Source: an uncultured Candidatus Saccharibacteria bacterium (GTDB lineage Bacteria; Patescibacteriota; Minisyncoccia; UBA6257; 2-01-FULL-56-20). From it: DNA of 64,000 nt. The translations under genes were made by a program, and so were the position numbers. Below are positions 28,062-37,436 of the stretch, one piece after another. Location of the stretch: contig CAZYEL010000002.1 in the NCBI GenBank assembly GCA_964646415.1, positions 8,538-72,537 on the forward strand, written 5' to 3'. Every line of letters begins with the position of its first letter. Position 1 is the stretch's first letter. Under the pieces are notes generated by a model, which was not told the DNA's origin, did not search any database, and worked only from the letters and a program-made list of their open reading frames with translations.

Positions 28062-29131
28062 TCTAAACCCTCCACCCGTACTCCGACAAGCCGTACGGGC
28101 TTCTTGGCGGGATTCTCCCGGGCATCGAAAAAAGGCATAAGCAACTTGAGCATTTCAAAGGCGAGCGCGTCCGCAGACGCAAGCGCATCGGGAAATGTCC
28201 GCGATCTGGTCATTGTCCTGAAATCAGCGAAGCGCACCGTGAGCACCGCGCGCCGGAAAGCGGAAAAGCCCTGCCGCCCAAGCCGCGCAACAACGGCATC
28301 CGCAAGCGCCCGCACCCGCGCCGAGACGAAGGAAGGCTCTCCCGTATCTTGTTCAAACGTCTCCTGCTCGCCCATAGACTTTGTTTCTTCTTCAATACCC
28401 ATCGGCGTGTCATCCCTGCCGCGCAAACGCTCATATAACTGCACGCCCCATACCCCGCACAGTTCCCGAAGCTCTTCGGAGGAAAATGGCAGGAGATCGC
28501 GCACGAATCGCGCCCCGCGCCTCGCGAAAAGCGCCTCGGTCTTCGGCCCAACCCCGGGAATTGCACGAAGCGGGAGCGGCGCAATCGTTCCCGCCGCCGC
28601 CTCTTCCCGTATCACGGTAAGTCCGTCGGGCTTATGCATCTCCGTCGCAATCTTTGCAATAAAGCGATTCGGACCGATGCCCACCGTCGTAGTAAGCCGC
28701 TCTTTCTTCCCTATGGAACTTTTAATCTCCCGCGCAATTTTCTCCGCCGCTTGATATGAGCCGGCAGAGGAAAGGTCGAGATATGCTTCATCAATGCTTG
28801 TCTGCTCCACGCAAAGGACTTTCTCCGAAGCAATCCCCATAATCCGCCGTGAAACTTCCCCATATTTTCTCATGTTCACGGCGCAAAACACCGCAGCAGG
28901 TTTCCCTGCCGCGCGGGCTTCTTCGGCCAAACGCCACGCCCGCGAAATCGGCATCGCGGAATGCATCCCGTATTCACGGGCTTTATAATTTGCCGTCGAT
29001 ACCACGCCCCGCCCCTCCCCGCCCTTGGGGTCCGCACCCACCACAAGCGGTTTTCCGCGGAAACGCGGATTGTCCCGCTCCTCCACGGAAGCGAAGAAGG
29101 CGTCCATATCCAAATGAGCGATTATTCTCAT
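28058..29131 (-). CDS. dinB: DNA polymerase IV
   Basis: HLDMDAFFASVE, STANYKAR, SIDEAYLD, KPDG, VRLVGV. Confidence 0.95.
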   Translation of the reverse strand: MRIIAHLDMDAFFASVEERDNPRFRGKPLVVGADPKGGEGRGVVSTANYKAREYGMHSAMPISRAWRLAEEARAAGKPAAVFCAVNMRKYGEVSRRIMGIASEKVLCVEQTSIDEAYLDLSSAGSYQAAEKIAREIKSSIGKKERLTTTVGIGPNRFIAKIATEMHKPDGLTVIREEAAAGTIAPLPLRAIPGVGPKTEALFARRGARFVRDLLPFSSEELRELCGVWGVQLYERLRGRDDTPMGIEEETKSMGEQETFEQDTGEPSFVSARVRALADAVVARLGRQGFSAFRRAVLTVRFADFRTMTRSRTFPDALASADALAFEMLKLLMPFFDARENPAKKPVRLVGVRVEGLE

Positions 29132-29141
29132 ACTCTCCAAT

Positions 29142-29270
29142 CTATACCTCGATATGGATGCGGGAAAGGGGTCGGGGAAACGGGAGCTTCCCCGTTGCGG
29201 AAGTATTGAAACCGCTGGGTTTCAAGGAGCGGAGCGACGCATCCATGTCTAAATGAGAAATTATTCGCAT
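29142..29270. mobile_element. Hairpin-rich element bracketed by inverted, diverged copies of the dinB 5' motif
   Basis: The plus strand from 29142 reads LYLDMDA; the minus strand from 29270 reads MRIISHLDMDA. Confidence 0.5.
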
Positions 29271-29295
29271 GGCTGCATTATCACCCTCCAGGAAT

Positions 29296-29327
29296 AAAGA
29301 AGCTTCGAGAATTCTCGAAGCTTCTTT
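29296..29327. repeat. Perfect 32-bp palindrome
   Basis: AAAGAAGCTTCGAGAA|TTCTCGAAGCTTCTTT. Confidence 0.85.
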
Positions 29328-29346
29328 CCCTCCGGACGCATACCTT

Positions 29347-29637
29347 CTAGAGATTGTTCTGGATATCAACGTCAAGCATATCCACGTCATTGTCCAAATC
29401 CAGACTCCCGGAATCCGCGGCATTGAGGTCACGCTCAATCGCTCCCGTGCTGTCGGCTGCCGGCGCCGCCGGAGCAACTGTTTGCGGAAGAGGAGGTACC
29501 GTGGCGGGTGCGGCAACTTGACCACTTTGAGTGGGCGAAGCTATCTCTGAACCGGTACCCACGTACCACCACGCAACCGCTGCCACAACCAGAACCACCA
29601 CCACTGCGACTATCCAAGCTGTTTTATTTTCTTGCAT
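29347..29637 (-). CDS. Hypothetical membrane-anchored protein
   Basis: N-terminal TM, Pro/Ala linker, acidic C-terminus. Confidence 0.7.
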   Translation of the reverse strand: MQENKTAWIVAVVVVLVVAAVAWWYVGTGSEIASPTQSGQVAAPATVPPLPQTVAPAAPAADSTGAIERDLNAADSGSLDLDNDVDMLDVDIQNNL

Positions 29638-29655
29638 TGTAGGTAATGAAAATTA

Positions 29656-30372
29656 TTACGACGACGTTGCGTTTGTGCCGGTGGCTCTCACGCTATCATC
29701 ATCCACGCCCGGGATGCCGCGAAGCGCCTGAATCGCTTTCTGCACCGCCTCGCGCGCGCTTTTCATTGCACCGTCGCGCAAATCCATGAGGTCTTTTTTA
29801 AGCGCAACGTGCGACGCCTGGAATGCCGCGCGGAGTCTCGCGTCGGTCGTGACCGTCACCTGGTACGTTTTTTTTGCTTGAACTTCCGCCGCCGTCCTCG
29901 CACCGGCAATTGCCGCGTTCGCTTCCTGCAACGCCGCGTTCACCGCCGCTACGTCTTTTCCCGCCGCGTGCGCCTTATCGCGCCGGCTCTCCACTTTCGC
30001 AAGCGTCGCATCATACCTCTCAAGCACATTGGTGAAATGCGTCGCCCATTTTTCATTCAAAGCGCCAAGTCGCTCAAAAAGATTGTCCGCGGCTTGTTTC
30101 TTTTTCTCGTCTTTTACCTGTTTCAGTTTTGCCTGGAACTCCGTTCGCGCCGTTTTCATCCTCTCCGCCGCATCTTTCTTCGCCGTCTCGAACTTCACCC
30201 GCAATTCTTCGACCGCTGCGCGGCGCACCTCCCCCCGCGTCGTCGTCGCGGGAGCCTGGGCGCCCGCAATCGCAACCGCTGCAACATACGCCACCACCGC
30301 ACCTCCTCCCATAAAATTCTTAATAATTGTGCTCATACTGTGAATTGTATAAGGTAAAATCCGGCTTTCCAA
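29656..30372 (-). CDS. Secreted coiled-coil protein
   Basis: Signal-like hydrophobic segment followed by A/K/E/R-rich helices; start uncertain. Confidence 0.7.
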   Translation of the reverse strand: MESRILPYTIHSMSTIIKNFMGGGAVVAYVAAVAIAGAQAPATTTRGEVRRAAVEELRVKFETAKKDAAERMKTARTEFQAKLKQVKDEKKKQAADNLFERLGALNEKWATHFTNVLERYDATLAKVESRRDKAHAAGKDVAAVNAALQEANAAIAGARTAAEVQAKKTYQVTVTTDARLRAAFQASHVALKKDLMDLRDGAMKSAREAVQKAIQALRGIPGVDDDSVRATGTNATSS

Positions 30373-30449
30373 GCAAGGTTACCCACAGAACACGAACGAA
30401 TCATGAATTATCTGGGGAAAAATGCTTTAAGTATTCCCCCGCCCCAGCC

Positions 30450-30917
30450 CTATAATTCCCCAACTTCCCGTAGTGAATGCTTCATTATTACGTCGCCCTT
30501 GCCGAATAAAAACTTCCCGGCGAACTTCTTCCCCTCAAGGAACAACGGGAACCAATAGCGGTCATCGGGCCACATGGAATCGTAGGGAATCTCGTCTGCG
30601 CCGAACCACCGCGGCTTCATCTCGTCGCTCTCACATGGCTCTCCGCTGAATTCCGTAGCGCGGAAAATATGCACCTCAAGAATCTCCGGGTTCCCTCGGA
30701 ATTCAAAGCTGATGATGCCCACCTTCACCGCGTCACTCACTGCAATCCCCGCTTCCTCGCGCAATTCCCGCTGCATCGCCTCCTCAATCGTCTCCCCTTC
30801 CTGCACTTTTCCGCCAAAGCCATTCCACCGCCCCGCCCCGAACCCGCGCTTCTTGAGCCCCAGCAAAATCCGTGGGGGCTGATGCACCAGGCAAAGCGTC
30901 AAAGCCTTCTTCGTCAT
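30450..30917 (-). CDS. MTH1-like 8-oxo-dGTP NUDIX hydrolase
   Basis: [31 protein letters not shown]. Confidence 0.9.
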   Translation of the reverse strand: MTKKALTLCLVHQPPRILLGLKKRGFGAGRWNGFGGKVQEGETIEEAMQRELREEAGIAVSDAVKVGIISFEFRGNPEILEVHIFRATEFSGEPCESDEMKPRWFGADEIPYDSMWPDDRYWFPLFLEGKKFAGKFLFGKGDVIMKHSLREVGEL

Positions 30918-31180
30918 TCGAGCGACATAATCTGCAATCCCTTCGCTTTTATCTCCTCTTCGGGCCAGTATAACTTATCAACTTTAAATACCCGGGCATA
31001 CGTCACTTTCTTCTCGACTTTTCTCCCTGTGTATCCTTTCGTTTTCGGGTCCCACTCCTCGAGCAGAAGCGTGTCGCCCTCATGTACCTCGAATTCATTC
31101 AGGCGCAGCTCGTATTTCTTCTTGCCTGATGCCACGTCGTCGAAATACTCGGGCCATATTTTCTTTTTAATTATTGCCAT
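30914..31180 (-). CDS. DUF3850/ASCH-like protein
   Basis: KIWPEYF..VASGKK..ELR, GD.LLLEEWD..YTGR. Confidence 0.8.
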   Translation of the reverse strand: MAIIKKKIWPEYFDDVASGKKKYELRLNEFEVHEGDTLLLEEWDPKTKGYTGRKVEKKVTYARVFKVDKLYWPEEEIKAKGLQIMSLE

Positions 31181-31232
31181 TGGAGGTTAAAAAAAGAAAG
31201 TAGAAAATGGAAAATAGAAGCTGCTCGCATAA

Positions 31233-31748
31233 CTACTTCATAACCCCATATCGAAGCCGGATGGTACTCGCGGAAAGTTTCGAAATTTCGAGCAACTCAA
31301 GCTTCACCTCCGCATCCGTGTCCTTAAAAAGTTTAATGCCCTTCCCGAAAACCAACGGTTCGACGTCAAGAATCATCTCATTGAACAAACCCTCTTTCAA
31401 GAATCCGGCGTTCAAGGTCCCGCCACCTCCCACGACGATTTCTTCGAACCCCTTCTCCTTCAAAACTTCAACCGCTTCGCGCGGCGAAGAGACAAAAATC
31501 GTATTCATATCATTCTTATTTTCATTCTTCTCTGAAACTATTACCACCATCGGATTCCCGCATTTTTCAAAATCTCCTCCTTCTTTCATAAGTTTATAGG
31601 TGTTCCGGCCAACTACGACATTCCCCCGCTCCTTCACAAAATCGTAATACGCCTCGAATTCTTCTTCCGACCACGGCGTGTCGCCATTCTCGCGGGCGAT
31701 ATACCCGTTTGCCGTGATTGCCATGTAGAGAATGACTTTCATATTCAT
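31233..31748 (-). CDS. DHFR/RibD C-terminal family reductase
   Basis: MAITANGYIA, VGRNTY, GGGTL, PLVFGKGIKLF. Confidence 0.85.
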   Translation of the reverse strand: MNMKVILYMAITANGYIARENGDTPWSEEEFEAYYDFVKERGNVVVGRNTYKLMKEGGDFEKCGNPMVVIVSEKNENKNDMNTIFVSSPREAVEVLKEKGFEEIVVGGGGTLNAGFLKEGLFNEMILDVEPLVFGKGIKLFKDTDAEVKLELLEISKLSASTIRLRYGVMK

Positions 31749-31772
31749 GCCTTTGCTATATCATATACAACA

Positions 31773-32711
31773 ATGAATATTTTGCACAAAGAAATTTTGG
31801 AGATTCCGGATGCAGCAGCTGCTTGTTACGAAAAGAATCACGGGCTTGTGCTGCCCACCAATGTCCCCTACCTTGCCATGGGCGGCGCCTCTTATGCTCC
31901 GCTTACACTGTTTTACTGTGGCGCAGCTATCCAACCCATAACCGCTTCCGAATACTTTCATTACCGACCGCAGGCCATCCTCCCCCAAGGCGTACTCCTT
32001 TCGCAGTCCGGCGAAAGCTCGGAAACGCTCTGGTGCCTAGAACGATTCGAAAAAGTAATCGCGGTCACGAACAACCCCAAATCTACGCTTGCAACCTCGC
32101 CCAAAACCGTTCAGGTGGCGCCACTCATGGCGGGCGAGGAAAAGTTTCTCTCCTCCACGAAAACCTACGTGAACATGCTCATCGCGCTCTACCTGGGGTT
32201 GGGCATCGACCCCGCTCCGGGGATTGCGGCGCTCAAAGCGAACTTTCCCAAAATCCAAACCGAGGCGGGAAAGAATGCGGCACGTATACATGCGGCCATC
32301 GCCGACAAAAAACAGCGGGGATTGTACGTCTTGGGAAGCGGACCGAATGCCGCGACCGCCATGCATGCCGCGCTCATTCTCACCGAAACGCTCTGCCTCC
32401 CGTGGCACGGCATGTCGCTCGCGCAATTTGACCATGGCCCAAAAGAAGCCGCCGTGGATGCGGTAGTGATTCTCCTCGACGGCAACGGCAAAGACCACGC
32501 GCGCATTGATTACGCCGGAAAAATATTTGCGGAACAAGCCCGCGCGCATGTTATACGAATTAAGGAACGAGAACTTGCGGAGCCCCTCACACCGCTCACG
32601 CTCATCACGCACGTCTGCCTCCTTATGGATTACCTCGGCGATGCACTCGGCGTAACCGCGGCATCGCGCATCGGAAGCAAAATCACCCGCGTCCCAAAGG
32701 AAGTGCATTGA
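31773..32711 (+). CDS. SIS-domain phosphosugar isomerase/deaminase-like protein
   Basis: MGGAS, SQSGESSET, VTNN..STLA, STKTY, HGPKE. Confidence 0.8.
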   Translation: MNILHKEILEIPDAAAACYEKNHGLVLPTNVPYLAMGGASYAPLTLFYCGAAIQPITASEYFHYRPQAILPQGVLLSQSGESSETLWCLERFEKVIAVTNNPKSTLATSPKTVQVAPLMAGEEKFLSSTKTYVNMLIALYLGLGIDPAPGIAALKANFPKIQTEAGKNAARIHAAIADKKQRGLYVLGSGPNAATAMHAALILTETLCLPWHGMSLAQFDHGPKEAAVDAVVILLDGNGKDHARIDYAGKIFAEQARAHVIRIKERELAEPLTPLTLITHVCLLMDYLGDALGVTAASRIGSKITRVPKEVH

Positions 32712-32766
32712 GATAAACACCTGGAAAAATGGGGGTACTAATGTGACGCAGTCCGCAAATAAATTT

Positions 32767-33645
32767 CTAAGCCGAGAAAATTATCTCAAAAATCTTCTGG
32801 CCGATACGTGAAGGGTTGCGTACCTCCAACGCAATTTTGCATGGAGGATTCGCATCGCTGAGAATCGTCCGGCCCCGTTCTACTCCGTTGGTTACAACCT
32901 GGATACCAGATATAATCCATTCAAGGCTGCCCGGGAAATACATGGAGTATATTGCAAGCGGATCATGAAGGTGGAAAACCAACTCTCGTTTTCCACCATG
33001 GCTTTCAAACCAAGTGAGCAGCATCTTTTTGACCCAAGCTACGTGCGCCGTATTGTCCGGTATCCGGACAACATCATCCTTTGTCCAGAAAACCTTTTTG
33101 GTGACATCAAGCGGCACAACATTTATGCCCGCGCCTCCAAAGTGAGCAAAAACGTATTCCGCAGCTTCAGGATCGAATGCAATATTCGTCTCCGCATGCG
33201 AAGTTTCGTTTCCCGGTACATGAATCGCCCCTCCCATGACGGTAATATTTTCTATATTCCCACGGCGCAGCATAGCACCGACTCCCGTCATTGGCCCGAT
33301 TGAGATGATGCTTTTCGCCGCACCAGATGCCGCCTGCGTTTTTACACCGGACACGTCTACCGCAGGATGTATCCCACAGACACCGTCCTCGCCATGAAAA
33401 TAAGACGGCCAAGGGTGCTCCAACGGCTTCACGGGATTCTTCGGGCCGCTTTCAAAAAACCAATGAGGAGCAGCAAACGATATAAACTCTTTCGCATTTT
33501 GCGCAGTATATTCCTCTGGCGCATTTCCAAAAGTAGAAACAAGCGTATGCCCTCCTCTCGCTGATAGTTTCAACAGGAGAAGCAGCGCAATAATGTCATC
33601 TACTCCCGGGTCAGAAACAACCGTATACGTTTCGGTATTTTTCAT
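32767..33645 (-). CDS. Inosine/uridine-preferring nucleoside hydrolase family
   Basis: DPGVDD, FGN, FHGEDG, MGG, AETNIAFDPEAA, LHDPLA. Confidence 0.88.
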   Translation of the reverse strand: MKNTETYTVVSDPGVDDIIALLLLLKLSARGGHTLVSTFGNAPEEYTAQNAKEFISFAAPHWFFESGPKNPVKPLEHPWPSYFHGEDGVCGIHPAVDVSGVKTQAASGAAKSIISIGPMTGVGAMLRRGNIENITVMGGAIHVPGNETSHAETNIAFDPEAAEYVFAHFGGAGINVVPLDVTKKVFWTKDDVVRIPDNTAHVAWVKKMLLTWFESHGGKRELVFHLHDPLAIYSMYFPGSLEWIISGIQVVTNGVERGRTILSDANPPCKIALEVRNPSRIGQKIFEIIFSA

Positions 33646-33734
33646 TTTGATTGTTACAATTAATGAGGGGATGGTGCTATTTTCCATAATAACACCATCC
33701 CCATTTTGTTACCTCCGCTTTCGATACGTGCGCC

Positions 33735-35447
33735 TTAGATGCCGATGATTGCGCGTATCAGTTCAATCGTCCCTTGCGTGCACGAACTTGCCGCAGCGAT
33801 GCGCTCGGCAGGAACATTGCCAAGAAGTTGGACCAATCCAACACGGCACAGCGCGGGAGCGTACGTGAGGTCACTCCTGGAGTTCCCAATCATCCAGCAC
33901 TCCTTGCCCTCCTTATACAATTCCCACCCAATCCGACGGAGGGCTCGCCCTTTCCCGGAAGAAAGGCTGACGGCGTGTACAGCAATAAACCCATGCTCCG
34001 GCGAAGAATCAACGCTGATGTTCGGTTGAACGCGCTCCACGTGAGCAGCGACTTTCGCCGCTAACTCGCCGTCCGGCACGCCTTTCTTCACGCAAAACAT
34101 CGAAACGCTGGCGATGCGCCCTGCGCCGAACCCTATCCCCGTATCCGCCCTGTTCGTCCTGTCGTGCGGTTCCTGGAATTCCGGGCTTACCACATCCGGC
34201 AACACGCATACGGAATGCGCCTGCGCCCACTCTTGAACTATCCGCCTGGTCATCGCCGCGTCAACTCCCTCTCGTAGCACACACCCCTCCATAGGACGTA
34301 GTTCTTGAGAAGAGAAGAGGAGCGCGCCATTCTCGGCAATCGTAGGACCGTCAATGCCGTACTTTGCTCCCCACAACATGAGCAGCTCCGCAGGAGAATC
34401 CGAGCATAGCCCTATCTGCCAGCCACGCGCTTTCGCCTCGGCCACCACGGCCCTCAATTCGCCCTCATCCGCAGCCAGCAACCCGGCGTCTTCGGTGATT
34501 AGAGTCCCGTTGAGGTCTATCCAGATGACTCCCTTCCCCAGGCACTTGAAGTTCGTTGCGGGCGGAATCAAAAGGAGGTCACGCATGTGCTCACAAAATG
34601 AGTACATTGCGGTCTCCCAGTCGAATCCCCACTTTACGGCCATCGCCGCAAAGCATTTGTCCGCATCCCCAACCTTTACTTCAGGAAAACCTCTCCAGAA
34701 TTCGAGGCTACATTCCCAAATTTTCCTCGAGAACTCCAGCACTCGCTCCCGTGGGACGCTCGACCTTGCAAAAGTGTCCACGAAGGGAAGCACGTAGGGC
34801 GCTCTGCACTCTTCCGGGTAATCATGGGACGTCGTGCGGGGATAATGTATCACAAGACCGCCCCCGTATGACCCCGCGAGGAAATCCCGCGGGTCGTTGA
34901 GGTCGACGACCTCTTCCGACGTATAACTATGAAGAGCTTCGACTGGCACGCCTACTCTTGGTTCTCCAACTTGCATCCCAACGATAAGTTTTTTGATAAC
35001 AATCTTGTCACTCACCGATCGCATCAAGTGGACAAACTCCTGAATTGTGCCGCCGGAGAAAACATCGTCCTCGATGAGGATATATTCTCCCGCAGGAATT
35101 CTCCTTATTTGCTGCTCTAAAGGAAGAAATCCTGGTCGCTCATGAATCCCTAACTCGACATTTCCTCCCGGAGCGAATATCCGGGACACGCCCAGATTTA
35201 TATCTCCCTTAATGCAAGGGTCCATTGAGATAGTGGGGCACCCTCCTGCTTTTTCCATGATTCCCCTTTCAATGTCTTCAAGCCGATGACTCACAATTTC
35301 GAGGGAAGCTTTTCCACGAAACGCCTGAGAGTAGATTTCGTAGAGGTTTACCACAAATCTATCCCACGCCTCCTTTGCAGCTCTTCCTAATTTAAGGTGT
35401 TGCAACGCCCACTTTCCCTCGTCCCGGAATAAATACAGTCTTTTCAT
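33735..35447 (-). CDS. Phosphoribosyltransferase-like + HAD-like fusion protein
   Basis: PRPP-binding ILIEDDVFSGGT; HAD motifs WIDLNGTL, CSDS, TIAENG, GKG, IGNS.SD; start MKRLYL at 35447. Confidence 0.7.
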   Translation of the reverse strand: MKRLYLFRDEGKWALQHLKLGRAAKEAWDRFVVNLYEIYSQAFRGKASLEIVSHRLEDIERGIMEKAGGCPTISMDPCIKGDINLGVSRIFAPGGNVELGIHERPGFLPLEQQIRRIPAGEYILIEDDVFSGGTIQEFVHLMRSVSDKIVIKKLIVGMQVGEPRVGVPVEALHSYTSEEVVDLNDPRDFLAGSYGGGLVIHYPRTTSHDYPEECRAPYVLPFVDTFARSSVPRERVLEFSRKIWECSLEFWRGFPEVKVGDADKCFAAMAVKWGFDWETAMYSFCEHMRDLLLIPPATNFKCLGKGVIWIDLNGTLITEDAGLLAADEGELRAVVAEAKARGWQIGLCSDSPAELLMLWGAKYGIDGPTIAENGALLFSSQELRPMEGCVLREGVDAAMTRRIVQEWAQAHSVCVLPDVVSPEFQEPHDRTNRADTGIGFGAGRIASVSMFCVKKGVPDGELAAKVAAHVERVQPNISVDSSPEHGFIAVHAVSLSSGKGRALRRIGWELYKEGKECWMIGNSRSDLTYAPALCRVGLVQLLGNVPAERIAAASSCTQGTIELIRAIIGI

Positions 35448-35572
35448 ATCGAATCTCTTTCTTTTTTGTCTCCCCGCACCAGCCCGCGGAGAATTTGTTA
35501 ATGTGCGTTTTCGGGCTGGAAGAGAAGATATGGAGATGCGCCGGAAGCTTTCGGAGCATATCGCCTTTCCCA

Positions 35573-35603
35573 AGCAAAAACCGCCTTGCGGGCGGTTTTT
35601 GCT
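35573..35603 (-). terminator. Attenuator terminator hairpin
   Basis: AGCAAAAACCGCC-CGCAA-GGCGGTTTTTGCT on the minus strand. Confidence 0.7.
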
Positions 35604-35628
35604 GCTGTGCTCTTAAAGAACCGCCCGT

Positions 35629-35682
35629 TTAAGTACGGCGGCTCCGACGAACGTTTGCTATTTGTATGAATGCCAGTTGCAT
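35629..35682 (-). CDS. Putative leader peptide MQLAFIQIANVRRSRRT
   Basis: Lies directly after the promoter and overlaps the first attenuator stem. Confidence 0.55.
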   Translation of the reverse strand: MQLAFIQIANVRRSRRT

Positions 35683-35690
35683 TTGTGTAA

Positions 35691-35718
35691 ATGATACGGA
35701 GAACTCCCTCCTTGTCAA
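35691..35718 (-). promoter_or_regulatory. Sigma70 promoter
   Basis: TTGACA-N16-TATCAT. Confidence 0.6.
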
Positions 35719-35981
35719 CTCTTCCAGTTCCACCACTTGAGAAGTTCCGGATTGTGCCGCGCGTGCGAAGCGTAATATACCGCACATCGCATTACATACA
35801 ACATACAGCGATCTATGTGCCGACCTTCACACGCGCACAGTTTCTGATAAAGCTTTTCTGGATCTCTTCCTTTCAAATCTCGCTCCGCGCGGATGCCGAT
35901 ATTCCAAAAATCTTCGGCGATTTCCTTTCCCACGCCGGGAATCGTGCGGAGCGCCCGAAGCGATTCTTTTTTATTTTCCAT
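35715..35981 (-). CDS. Helix-hairpin-helix (Cdd1-like) protein
   Basis: IPGVGK.IAED, DPEKLY..LC, DRC.LYV.RCAVYYA, WW.WK. Confidence 0.8.
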   Translation of the reverse strand: MENKKESLRALRTIPGVGKEIAEDFWNIGIRAERDLKGRDPEKLYQKLCACEGRHIDRCMLYVMRCAVYYASHARHNPELLKWWNWKS

Positions 35982-36564
35982 CTTTCAAAACAATTCCTTC
36001 AAGGTGCGTCACCACCAAATCTTTCCCGATGACCTCGCACTCCGCAAACCCGCAATCGGCGACGTCGCCTATCTCCCCTTTTTTCATGATATCCCGAAAC
36101 ACCACCTTCATGGGACCGCCGTGGAACACGACCGCGATGCACTCATACCGCACGTCTTTCGTCATCTCCCGCACCACAAGCTGCACCCGCATGCTGAACT
36201 CCGCATAGGTCTCCGCTCCCGCGACCGTGTGCATCCTGTCTTTCACAAGCTCCACAAGTTCGGGATGCAGTTGCTTCGCCTCTTCCCTCTTCATACCCGT
36301 GAGAATCCCGTACATATTCCGCTCTTTAAGATGCTGCTTCACCATGACCGCGCACCCAAGCCGCTTCGCAAGAATTTCCGCGGTTTCGCGCGCCCGGAAA
36401 AGCGGGCTCGAAAGCACCGCCTCAATTCCCTTGTCTTTGAGTTTCTCTCCCAATTCCTCCGCCTGGTTTCGCCCTAACTCGGTAAGGTGGTCGTCATAAT
36501 CGCCGCCGTAGCGGTCTTCAATGTCGCCCATCGTCTGCCCGTGCCTGATGAAAAAAATGGTCAT
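35971..36564 (-). CDS. Histidine phosphatase family protein
   Basis: IRHGQT, SSPL.RARETA, HGG. Confidence 0.88.
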   Translation of the reverse strand: MTIFFIRHGQTMGDIEDRYGGDYDDHLTELGRNQAEELGEKLKDKGIEAVLSSPLFRARETAEILAKRLGCAVMVKQHLKERNMYGILTGMKREEAKQLHPELVELVKDRMHTVAGAETYAEFSMRVQLVVREMTKDVRYECIAVVFHGGPMKVVFRDIMKKGEIGDVADCGFAECEVIGKDLVVTHLEGIVLKDGK

Positions 36565-36565
36565 G

Positions 36566-36805
36566 TTATTTCTCCCGCACCCACTTGAACCTCGGGCGCT
36601 TCTCCCTACCCACTTCAACTTCATCCGTGAACGTCGCGAAGGGACGCACAAAAAACGGAAACTTCCCAAATTCCGTTTCTAAGTCGGGGCATTCCTGCAA
36701 CGATTTGTAGACAACCATTTTCTCCTTCGTGTCGCTGTGATGCGCTACACCAACTAATTCGTAATAACCTCCCTTGTAGTGCTGATAGATGCCTGGTTTG
36801 AGCAT
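36566..36805 (-). CDS. DUF1653 domain protein
   Basis: GIYQHYKG, HSDT.E.MVVY, VRP, PRF. Confidence 0.85.
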   Translation of the reverse strand: MLKPGIYQHYKGGYYELVGVAHHSDTKEKMVVYKSLQECPDLETEFGKFPFFVRPFATFTDEVEVGREKRPRFKWVREK

Positions 36806-36812
36806 GTTTTTA

Positions 36813-37436
36813 TTATTTCCTATATTTCGCAACAAGGAAAAGAACGAGGAAGAGTGCCATAAAACCCACGGCAACATACACCCCGTAGGCGAATGCAACG
36901 CCCCCGAGGTAGAAAAACGCCAAGCTCCCCAGTGCATCCACGCTCACGCTTGCAAGCAAAAAATTCCGGAACGATATCTTTGAAAGTCCGGCGGCGTAAC
37001 TTAAGAAGTCCACGACCACCGCCGACATGAACCGGAGCGCGACAAATCCCCAAAACTGCCGCCGCACCGAAATCTTTTCCTGCCATCCGTGCAGCTCCTG
37101 AAGAGGAGCGAATTTCGCCGCAATCGGTTCCCGCCACTTTCGTGCAATAAAAAAGGCGCACACCGAGCCAAGCTCTACGCCAGCCAAGTTATACAACCAC
37201 GCCTCCTGCCATGGCAACAACGCAATACTCGCGAACGCAACCGGCGCGCCGGGAAGCGGCGCGAGCACTACACCCAAAAAACGGAACACGATGATAACGA
37301 GCGGGGCAAGCGCCGGATATTTCTTAATAATCTCCACCGCATATTGGTTATACCCGGGGAAAAATATGGGCACGAGAAAAACGACAGTGAGTAATGCTCC
37401 CGCCGTTATCCATAAAACCTTTTTCTTATTAGACAT
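36813..37436 (-). CDS. VTT/DedA (TVP38/TMEM64) membrane protein
   Basis: PLPG, AFFIAR, SYAAGLS.I.F; multiple TMs. Confidence 0.8.
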   Translation of the reverse strand: MSNKKKVLWITAGALLTVVFLVPIFFPGYNQYAVEIIKKYPALAPLVIIVFRFLGVVLAPLPGAPVAFASIALLPWQEAWLYNLAGVELGSVCAFFIARKWREPIAAKFAPLQELHGWQEKISVRRQFWGFVALRFMSAVVVDFLSYAAGLSKISFRNFLLASVSVDALGSLAFFYLGGVAFAYGVYVAVGFMALFLVLFLVAKYRK

